A DNA stretch of 64,000 nucleotides from Aplysia californica (taxonomy: Eukaryota), in assembly GCF_000002075.1 (NCBI RefSeq), contig NW_004797633.1, positions 347,047 to 411,046 of the forward strand, given 5' to 3'. Shown piece by piece: positions 39,401 to 51,400 of the stretch. Numbering within the stretch: position 1 is the first letter of the stretch; every line of letters starts with the position of its first letter. The notes under the pieces were generated by a model. The model was not told where the DNA came from, ran no database searches, and saw nothing but the letters and a program-made list of their open reading frames with translations. Made by a program: the position numbers and the translations under genes.

Positions 39401-42400
39401 ATTTATCTTGAGGTATACCCACAACATATTGCGAAATACTGACAAAAAAAAAGGTCCACGGACAGTCAAAACCATAGAGTAAACGACCAAAATTCACATT
39501 TTTTAGAATTTAACACTTTTCCGTCACATCTCGTCTATCTGCGATGTTTACCAACCCCCCCCCCCCCGGGTTTCTTTGAATTTTCCCCCAAAATGCCTTT
39601 GCCTTTGATGGCAAGGGTTTTTACTCTATGAGCCTTGCGATGGCAAAGTGTTAAATGATTCTGAAAAGCATTGTAATGTATTAACAGCAAGACAAGTAAA
39701 TGAAACATTAATCTAAAAAGTATAACCAGAGTAGTTATGTTTTGCACAACATAACACAAACATAGCTTTGTCGAAGTTCATGACTTAACATCTGCTGTGG
39801 GGGAACAATTTCTTAAACTGACAACTGACAAATAAAACTGCAACAGCTGGGTTAACAAATTTCTCCCCCCAAAAATGTTTTTCAACTTTTCATTCCCTAA
39901 CTATCATAAGGATTTTTTTTTAAAGTGAAAACAAACACATTACTGCACAATTTCAATGACAGCAGTACCAGATTCTAAACACACATCTCTGCAGGCAATC
40001 AGATCAAACTGCAACACAAACAAATTTCATTTCAAACACACATCTGTGTACGCACTCACATCAAACTAATGAGTGTTTTCCTTCCACTCTTTCTTTTTGT
40101 AGAGGTTTTACGGCACTCGCAACTGCATAAGGTCATATGAGCGCCAAAAGACTAGAGGTGTTACAAGAGGGTAACAAACAAAAAAGGAGGGGAGATGAGG
40201 ACAATAGGCGTTTGTTAGGAAAGAAGAAGCAAACCACACCAGAGCACCCGCCAACCACCCACTTCCACCCTTTCTCACTAACTGAACTGCAACAAACATA
40301 TCACTACTTTGGGGTACAAATAACTGCAAAAAGTTTTCTTACTGGTGGCAGTGGGGTATTCCCAGTCAGACTGGCATACTGCTTGAAAATATCTCTGGGA
40401 CCTGGGCCGAGGAGCACAAAGATGTCAATGATTCCATCCTCAAAGAACCAGTGGGTGTCAGTCTGAGGAACCTCATTATTTCCAGTGACAAAGTCAGCCA
40501 GATTGGAGAAAACAGACTGAAAATTAGAACAGATAACAAAGCATGTGAAAAAAGGCAGCTTTGGAGAAAAAGGACACTAGTAGTACAGTCAGGCATGAAT
40601 AACTAAAAAAATACAACAACAACAAAAAATTTTAAAAACAGAAACAAAAACCAGTAGCACTCCTAAAAAGAACAGCCACACACAATATTGCCAAACAACA
40701 CTTACAATTTTAAACAAAGGTTTCAAATCAGCATGACTTACAAGTACACATAGCTGACAACTTTTCAACAAAAAAAACAACAGATTCTATGAACAATGTG
40801 TGTCAGAATGGTGAGCATTGGCCTGGCAACCCCCTCCAAACCCTTCACACGCAGTTTTCTCCATTCAATAAATTCAAGCTATTCAAAGCAAAATGCTGCA
40901 GCAAATGATCTCTCCAATTGACTTGTGCGTTTCATTTGCATTACTATTCGCAAACTGTGTTTTTTCACTCATTGAGGACGCGCGTTTTTCATACTTGAAA
41001 ACAAACTGTTTTGGGATACTTGAAAAGAGCAAAGAAGCATAACTTCTTTATTTGCACGAATTTTTCAGTTCCGTTTTCTTTATCCACACCTTTAAAAGGC
41101 AGGCTGCAAAATGCATACTGAGAAACATTTAAATTCATATTTTAAATTGCATGTGTTGTCTTTGATCCTCTACTGATTGGACACACAAGTCTGCTACGTC
41201 CTTAAAGAGTTACGGTCCCAAAATTTTTTTCAACATCGGCATGTCTGTGAAAAGCAGCAAAAGAAAACTGAGAATACATGTATTCCTTTACAAAAACAGA
41301 ACTTTAAAAAATGCATTAAACATGGTTTTTTACATCCCGGTTGGAAGCTATGAAAAAGAAAGGAGACTGCTTAAATTAACACTCACTTTATCAGCAACAT
41401 TGGAGTGGATGTCAACCCAACCCTCAGCAGCATTCTGGAAGAACACACCTACTGTGTTTTTTTCACTGAAATTGAAATGGAAAGAAAGCGAATTACAACA
41501 TCATGAACCTGGCAAACGAAACAAAACTATTTCTGGTGCACATCCTAGAACTTTGAATCGTACGGAAGGTTAAAAAGGCAATATTTCGGTGAAAACAACC
41601 AAGACTAAGCCCATCAATGCTAGGCCAGTTGTGATCTATATAAATGATAAGGAGACCAACATCTGTGGAGTATAGATGATTGAGTAAAAGACTTTCTATG
41701 AAATGAATGACACGTCTTTCACACCTTGTCTCAACATTCAACATCTCCTTGTCACATTTATTCATTATTTACAACAAAACAAAACATTTCAAACTGTTTG
41801 AGGAAAGAGAAGCATATCAACACAATACACCTTGTCACACCTTGTCACACCTTGTCAACAGTGTTGGGGTCACTACAGTCGGAACATGTCCCTCTCTACT
41901 CTCCCCCTCTCTACAGGATCCATCCCGGAGTCTGTCTGCTTATAGTCCCCATCATAATCTAGTTGGAGATCCGTCGGACTGGTCTGCACGGGTGGCTGTG
42001 TTTCCGTTCTCCTCTTTAGATCCCCTTCTCCTTCAATCAACACAATAATCATCATCTAGTGCAGGGAAAAGGGTGAGATAAGACCTATCAGCTGCACTCT
42101 CCAATCCCCCATAACCTAAACATGCTAATGCTGCAAAAACTAAACACTGCACATTGCAAAAAACTAAACACTGCACAGTGCAAACGCTTTTGTAAAATAT
42201 CCCACTTACTTGTGAGCAGCCATGAAAGGAATGTGTCCATAGAGAGCCATGGGGCTGTTGAGCTCATATTCAAACACGTCCAAATTATACAGTCGATAAG
42301 GATCAGTGTTTCTGAAATATGAAAGGAATAACAATCAATATGACTATGATACTAAAAGGAAAACGTATACATGGATTACGAAAATGAAACCTAATTTCTA

Positions 42401-45400
42401 AGGTCATCTTCTGTTTAAACAATGAACACCAAACTAAAGCTCATGCATTGATCCCTCACAGGCTCACAGCAACTTTTATACTTTTCAAATAATCTGTACC
42501 TTTTGCAAAAGTAGTGACAAATGGTACCACATAAAATATAGACAACATTTAGGTTTTTGTAAATATATTTGGTTTTGCTGTAAGATTTTTCTGAATGTCC
42601 AGCTTTCCCCGCATCAAATTCTTTTGTTTCAAAATTATATTTTCCATATCAAATTTTGAAAAACTACCAAAAAAAATAAAACAAACATGGCACTATATCA
42701 AAATCTGAATCTCACTTTGTAGTTTTCAGCGCAAACGTGTCGGCATGCTCAGGAATACCATACACGTATCGGAATCCCGGGAATGCTATGTCCAAGCCAA
42801 CTGACACGGGACCTGAAAACAAAGTCAATTTTATCTAGCAGTTGTACACTTTGCATCATCATCATACTGCAGACATACATTATACATCTGAACTTTTTAT
42901 CAACGAACTACATACATGTCACTGCAAAACTTCTGTCTACTTGAAGAAAAAAAAAAAGAGGGTGCAGATATCTGATTAGTACTTGAAGCTGACTACAAGC
43001 AAACTTGCATTAGAAAAGTCTATAACAAACTGCATGGCTGTTGATCATAAAGGAGATTTTTCTGGTTACCAACACTTCAACTCCATTAACCATTTAGCTC
43101 CTGTGGAGTTGCCCTGATACATGCCCCGAAATATATGAAAAGGGTGATATAATACTAAACATATTATATATACATTTTTTTTAAAATTTCATTTTTTTTA
43201 AAATGTTCACTAAATGATCTCGAAAAATGCAACTATACTAGGAAAAGAATGCTGCTTCCAACGAGTCAGTTTGAGCCAGTTTCCGCTGTGATACAATATG
43301 GTATAGGCAAGTTATTTATTTCTCCCATTATAGTTGTGACCATCCGGTTTTCATTCATAACCCATCTATTTCATCAAATTAAAATAATAACCAACTCCTC
43401 TTTCACTTGAAAATATGATTTTACCGTAGACTGAGAAATGAACACTCAGCCTGTCTTCATCTAGTCCGGATCGTTTCACAGGCTCAATTTTTATGTTATT
43501 TCAAAGTTTCCTCTAATTAGTTCAAGTCTCAACTCCATCGCATCCTCTATTTTGTCATATATATACTGTAAAAATTCACACACACACTATTTCTGGGTCA
43601 ATTCAACCTCATAGAATGAAAAACAACTCTTATTTGCACTTTAAAGCCTCGTTTTCAAACAATTCTAATCAAACATTCTTCCAAGACCTCTAAAAAAGTA
43701 TCCCACAGCAGTGTCAAGCGCTCAGAAATTGAAACACCACGCAATGCATCTCTAGGTGTGAATAGATAAGACTGCGCACCGCTGATCTAAAAGTGTTAGA
43801 TGGTTAAACATGAAATTCTAAAAGTTACTCTTAAGACATTTGCCAAAGCTAAAGCTCAGGCATGTGGCAGCAAGCAAAGTCAAATGAATAAAATCAGCTG
43901 CCTGAATTGGAACCTTAGAAAAGCTTCACACATTAATAAAAGACAGGGACAGAAAAGTACCATTGGGTTTGGAATCGGTGAACCCTTTAAAAGTTTCTTC
44001 CCACATGTCTGGTTCTTCTTCCTCCTCAGCCTTAACCTCCTCTCCCTCTTCCTGAAACAAACAACACAGAAGACATTAGTAGTTTTCACAGGTTTCCCAT
44101 TCTCCACGACAGGAAGTCAGTCACATGATATAATTGTCCAAAAACAAAAAGGTGCACCAAACCTATCCGTATACATGACTTCACAAATGATATATCAATC
44201 CCCCTTTGTTTTCTTCTCCTTCAGATAACAGATCGTTTTCCCCCCTTTCCTTTATATTTAACTGGCCATTTATCATTTGCAGCAAGCATAAGGGATGGAG
44301 AATGACAGCCGGTGTATGTCAAAGTCACTGTTTATAGGTTTAACACCCCTTCCATGCTGTATGATTATGTAAAAGAGGAACATTCCAATTTAATGCCCAT
44401 CTCTAATAGGACCAAACCAAATGAGTGAACAGCCTTAAAGACTCCCAGTGGGCGGTTGGCGGATGCTTTGGTGTGGTTCGCTCCTTCTTTCCTATCAAAC
44501 AACTATCATCTTTATCTCTCCTCCTTTTTTATGTTTGTAACTCTCTTGTACCAACTTTAATCTTCGGCACATATATGACCTTTACTGTGTTTCAAGTGCC
44601 GTAAAACTCTTACTAAAACTAAAGGACTCCCAAAAATAATGTAAGTTCATAAAGCCTGGGCCATCCGCTCCATTGTCCATCATGATAACAACTGAACCAA
44701 TGGCGCACCCTTTAAGTATTTCACGGTCAAAGAGGAATGGGAGAAAAAGAGCTAGGTAGGACAGCCTCATTTCACAATGACTTAATCTCTGAATCTGGAG
44801 CTTGGACACAAAAGTGAACATAGAACCTATTGTCTGAAGAAGTATTTATTAAAACATCACACTTTAAAAGGAAGTTTACCACAACTGATCTCTTTAAAAA
44901 GATAAAGTTTCTGACAAATTCAAACAGCAGCCCAGCCAATCTCGACAGAGAAGTATTAGTACTACAAAAGCCAAAACATGCCTTGATGAACCCTCAGGTA
45001 CGTATTAAAACATCACTTGCCCCTACAGTGCTACTTCCATAAAGACCTAGGCACACGAAACTCAACTACATCATAACAGAACAAAAGGCTAAATGAAGGT
45101 GAGGGAGGAATGTAGCGAGAAGGAACAGTTCCGGGAACTCAAAAACAATGCTGCCAAGATAAAGCAATGCAAACTCACACGTGACCAAAACTAAGATATC
45201 TTGATTTACTCTGTCAAAAAGTGAAGATATCTCAGTGTGACTTTTAACATTACCTTATTGGTCCTGAATGATTTTAACAACAAGTTAATTTACTCTCTAA
45301 ACTAGTTTTTATCAAATATTTCCTTATTTTTTTCATCCATGACAGAACAAAGCAAGACTTGGTTTTCTAATCTAGACTAGTCTACTCTAGACAGTTCTAA

Positions 45401-48400
45401 ATCAAACCTACCCTAGATCTGGGTCCAGTTTTTTTAGATATCTAAATGAAGTTACCACTACACTTACAATAGACAGAGAAAGTTACCTTTCTATTTTTAA
45501 GTAAATCATAATACAGAATTTATTTAGCAGTTAGTAGGTGGCGCAATCCAGACTCAAAAATGCAGCAAAAATAGAAACAAAACATTTTCTTAAGACCTAA
45601 ATCAACTCCATTTTAAAAATGAAGCATTAACCAAAACACAACAATTTAAAAACATATTGTGAAGTGAACAAACTGTCTAACCTTTCGTTTTAAGTGCAAA
45701 AAAAATTTAGAGCAGTAAAATAGTGGCTTTTCAGATATTGGTCAAAATGACTCTCATGGGATTCACTTCAAAAGTTTAGCTGATCTGAGTCAGTAAATTA
45801 AGGTTAGTGCCACACAAATTCGCCAGCCAAAGGGATAAATGCAAGGGGGAAAAAAACAACACCAGGCTTTCATCACAAATGGTGTGGACAGTTAATCAGT
45901 AGTAGAAAATCAATTAATGAATTAATGTTGTTGTTGAGTAGTTGTTTGTGTCTATTTTTATCAGGTCAGTATCATAAAACCCCCATTTTGCCATGGATAA
46001 ATTTTTAGGAAAACAGAAACACAGAAAAGAAGACTCAGCAGAAGGAACAAATCACACTCGGCAGCTCTGCATGTGTTATCAATAACTAAAAATAGGTTAC
46101 ACAAAGCCTTGCATTTGAGCTGAACAATAAGAGACGCGTTGTCTCTCCTATTTTGTTTTTTTTATTCGCTCTCTATTTAGCCAAGTAAATTCTCTAGTCC
46201 TCTGAAGTTCCCGTTATAAAGGCTTTATTGTATTTTGTTCTTATGACCAGTTGGCCTGCAAAAATACTTTAAGAATGTGTTTCATGCTGCTTTAAATCTA
46301 CTGAAAACCTGGTACTATCCAATAGTTTCCAACAGCCAGTAAATGGGTGAGTGTTAAAAAATATAGGAGTTCCAAATAAAAAATTAAAACATATTTCAGT
46401 CAAGCAAACTCTATTAATAAGTAAAGTAAGGGGGGGAGGGGGGGGTCGCCAAATAGGTATACATACTGTATTAAGGAAAGGAAGTGAAATCGAAAGGGTA
46501 CTATACACCACTATAAATGCCCAGGAAAAAGGGAGTACAGATGTCAGAGAAACATAATTAAGACAGTGAATTTCCAAATGCAAAATGAAAAAGTAATCAT
46601 CCGACACCCAAGCAGTTAAAAGCTACTACAACCTACGTTAAGCATCTCCGTCCAATTGAAGCTAAAGCCTAAAACAAACATTTGTTAATCCCAATGTCTT
46701 TATGAGCATTAAAAAATTTTAATAAGCCATTCTTAAAACCTTCAGCCTTTTTTAATTAAAAAAGATGAATTTTTTAGGGAGTACAGATCAGCCTTTACTT
46801 CTACAAAAAATTTTCCTGACGGAAAAGAAAAATTTCGGGTAATTTTATTAAAGCAGACCTAACTTGTACAATTAGCTTTACCTTATGTACAACACCCTAA
46901 CAAAGGAACAAAACTCAAGAACATTTCCAAAAACCATCTGTAACTTTTATAACCTTCGTTCATTGCCTTATCGAATTAAAAATGAAGTAAAGAATCATAC
47001 TGAAACTATCTATATATTTAACGGGGGGGGGGGGGGTTGTTTTCTTATATTTTCCTCACTTTCTCCTCACGTCCATAAACTCACCTTCTGCTCTCCCTCA
47101 GACTCTTCACCAGCCCCTTCGTCCTTGGCCTCTCTGAAAGGTTGTGAAAGTAATGAGAATACAGACGAGCCCAGGGAAGAAAACCAGCCCCTGATCAGAC
47201 ACAAAGAGCGTCAAGTATCATTGTGAAAAAAAGAATGAAATGGTGGAAACACGTCTTGAGAAACAAAAGGTCAACAAAGACATGCTTTCCAAAATACAAA
47301 TAGAATACGTGATGGAAGTATGGAGCAAGAGACCACCAATGCGTGCATACTTTATTTGACGGTAACAATATGTTACAACAAAAACATATTGACCGCACAC
47401 TGACAAACCAACAATCATAGATAATGTTTATATACCATACATAAAGTAGACCAAATGAAAACTGAACGAAATAAATAAGGTACCAACCAATTATTAAATC
47501 AAATAAAATTTCTTTGTTGATTTATGTGAGATGCAGCGAGAAACGTGCACCGGATGTCATCAAATAGCTTTAACAACGCAAAGGAACTCAAAGTGAAAAC
47601 ACTGCAAATAAAACTAAATGAAATATACAATAAAATAACAAATACAGTAGTCTCTGCCTAAGATCCCAGTGCTTGGGAGCAAGGAAAATGTGCTCTCTAA
47701 GGAGAACTGGGTCTTAGCCGAATCATCAGAGGGAGAATCCTTGGTGAATCATGGTCCGGCCCACAATCACTAAAATGTTCTCCCCTTGCTTTGAAATGTA
47801 CTGACATGATCCCTATGTGGGTTTAAGACTTATGGTGAGCAAAGAGTGACTAAATTATCCAACAGTCTCAAAGTTCCCTTCAATCGCATTAACCCACCCT
47901 TTAATCTGTTACAAAATGTATAGCTTTCCAAGTCTGACAGAGGTATCTTGCCACTGCTGTTACGGATCATTGTATTTAGACTGCACCAATTAAAATCCAG
48001 TCTGTCTAGCAAATTTGAGAGTTGCTGCTATGATAAGAGAAACAGTGGCACTGACGAGTTCACGGTTAAATGTGATCCTGTCTGATGCGGCCTTGTAGGC
48101 CGTACCCACACAACATTTGATGAGAGTTCAGGCGAAGGGTCGGGTAGAAAAAACAAACATGTCAACAAGTTCACATCTCACGTGATCCTGTCTTGGGTAA
48201 ACATTGTGCAAACTCATCGAAAATAAAAAACGGAGATGTGATCTCATTCACAGGGGTAAATTGCAACGGGCAGTATAATGATCCTAAGTTTTCACTGCTT
48301 AGTTGATCAGCTGCGCACTCACAGGTTTTTGTTCCATAAATTATGATTTGAAACGCAAGATCTTAGCCGGATGTTGTCCTTCAGAGCAGGATCTTTGGGG

Positions 48401-51400
48401 TGACTTGTGTAATAACTAGCTTAGTTTTATCAAGACTCGATTATTGTAACTCATGGTTATCAGGAATATCACAGGAGAAAGTTAGACTTCAAACTGTCCA
48501 AAACAATGCTGCACGTTTCGTTTTATGGAAAAGAAAGTGAGACTCTGCTAAACCTCTTTTACGGACATTGTACTGGCTTCCTGTTGAGAAAAGAATTGTG
48601 TACAAGTTGGCCACCCAATGTCACAAACGCTTGAATGATAATGTGCGCCATCATATTTATCAAATCTGTTAAGACTGTACATTCTAACTTGCAGTTTAAG
48701 GTCATCAGCGGACAAAAAGAAATTTCTTTTACCATCTATGAAACTTAAAACAATGGGTGAAAGGCATTGGAATATCAAGGCCCCAAGATCTGGAATGCTT
48801 TGCCAAGTACTTTAAGAGTGATCAAATCTGTTGATTTATTCAAATGTCAGCTGAAGTCATTTCTGTTCTTAAATTAATAAGATGAATATATGGAGCGATT
48901 TCCTTTTAGTCAGAACACAACGTTTTATGTTACTGTTGTACATTGTATTATATTGTAAAGCGCTCAGAGACTGTGTACTGCATAAATATCATTTATTATT
49001 ATTATCATTAAAATTTTGTTTTCTCAAAGCAGCAAAATTTAAGGGAACTGGATCATAAACAGTTGGATCTGAGGCGGAGACTACTGTACATGAACAAATC
49101 ATAGCTGAATATGAGTGACATATGAAACTGAGTAAACAGTGGACAAGACAAATGTGTCCATCTACCGAAAAACTGCATTTGTTAAGTGTTTTTCCTAAAC
49201 AGTTCTAATCTTTTACATAAAGTCTTGCTTTATTAGGGACCTGTTTTCATTTATGTACTTGCATAACTAACTACCTAACTTTTTATTGGTCAAGTACTCT
49301 TTTCTTCTGCCTGTCTCCCACTTCAAGCCTTACTTGTGTGTCTGTAGAAGCTATGAAATGAACATTGAAAGCTGCAAATACTAAATATGCATCTAAATAA
49401 ACAAACACCACTTGAAAAATGTGTTCTCAAGCAAAGAAAAAAAGTAGTTAAAAAAGTAATCCACTTTCCAAATACATCTTCTGATCCCTTTTAGAAAAAG
49501 AAACATTAAAGTTTGCATAGATTCCACTAGACTGTAAGTGTAAGTAATTTTCCACTGTTAAATGTGGGCTGTCACCTTGAAAAAAAAAAGTAGTTGACTG
49601 AGAAGCCAATTCTGAACAATATTTTAAGATTCATAGAAATTTGTTGGCATAAAATTACTCTGATGCAAAAGCTCAACACATTATGTGATAGTACCCGCCT
49701 CCAAAAAAAAAAAAAGATAATATTTGAAAACTTCTAGTTATATTTACAGATACGTCACCAACTTTATAGGCCAACATATGCCATCACTACACAAAAGTGC
49801 ACTTATATGATCTATAATCATTATGACATTCAAATATTGTGTATGTGTAGGCAATAAACAGTGCACATTTTACCTTGCCTTTGTTGGGCATCTATTCAAT
49901 GTCCTTGGTGAACTTTGCAATGCATACTGGAAGAGTACTTCTCAAGCAATGTCCATATAGATTATGTGAAAAATTCCTTATACTACAAATAAAAAGTACA
50001 TTTTTCAGCCAGGTTCTATTGTCTAAATTTATGCAAGTTTTTCACCAGAGTGACAATAAGTGTCTTAGTACCTCCATAATCTAAAAAGAAATAAACTAAA
50101 AAGAGAGATAGTTGTCACATTTCCATCATGCTAATATTATTATTAGTTAAACTGTTACAGATAAGCACACCTTATTTTTTTTTGGGAGGGGGGTATAAGG
50201 ACAAAAACCATTTTCAACATATTTTATTTCAGTTTCCAAAAAAAGTAACACCACACTGGTACATTAAAATTTTAATTGGACTCTGCTCGTACAACCTACA
50301 CTCAATTTTTAAAATGCTCTCTTACTCTTACCATTTATTGCTCTTATTAGCCCAACATTATGAAAGCCAAACAAGCCAAGCGTGAAAGAGATAGTTCTTT
50401 AAATATGGACAGCAACTACCTTTGAAACATATGAATTAGTATTTTGAATTGCCCTATAAGGAGATATTACCTTCACATTCTTAGAAAGAGAAACCCTTGA
50501 ACAAGGAACACAAATAGTTCATGCAAAACATGCTTACTCTTTGGTACGAGAGTGCTCAAACTTCAGCAAGCCCTGTGCATTGAGACTGGTAACTGGTTCA
50601 TCATTTATCAAAAAGTCCAGCCTCAGAGGGTTGACATTGATCACCATCTTATTTTGTCCTAGAGAAAATGTCAACTTGCCATCTTTTTCACCATGGTACT
50701 TCAGCCTGAAAAAAAAAAAAACAATTACAGAATCTAGTCAAAAACAAATTTAAAATAAACAAAATTAAAATTAGTATCAATACATTTATAAAAATCTGTT
50801 TAAACTTAAATTTAGCAGCCCCTAGAAAATGAAGCCAAGCAAGCGTATATATTTATTTTTTTAAGAAAGAGACCATCTCAAGATATTCTGGGCAGAAAAA
50901 AAGTAACACAATACCCCTGGGGTATCAATACTATCATTTCTTTTTTAAATAAAGGAAAGCAAATATGAAACCCTATATACAACACAGAAATTATGGACAT
51001 GTGCCACGTGTAAGCAGATAAGAAAAGAAAAACTCACTCTTCCTGAACAGGCTCAGCAACCAGCGTCAGCCCAACAGGAATCTCATATCGTTCCCTCAGT
51101 GCTTCAGCCTCTGCTAGCTTCACTCTGAAGATACCGTGTTGAAGACCATAGCCTTGAAGTAGAAAGCGTATGTTGTTCTTGGTGTTCAACACTTCTACCA
51201 TGAGTGAGCTGGATGATATGCGCAGAGTGGACGGTTGTACGACGTAACTGGAGGTACCAGGCTCCATGTTACGTTGACGCCTGCATAACAAAAAGACAAA
51301 TTACACTTCACAAACCCAAGACTAGAATCAAAAGAGAATTTGATAAACCAATCACAAAGAAGCAAAAAAGTATTTGATATAAGCCCGACAAAACATTTCA

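Noticed and set aside
49874-49926. Possible extra GANAB exon (ttccag ... AAG|gtaaaa) in the variable linker intron
   Set aside because: It has a stop codon in the incoming phase and is not needed for the frame. It could only be a poison exon, for which there is no evidence.
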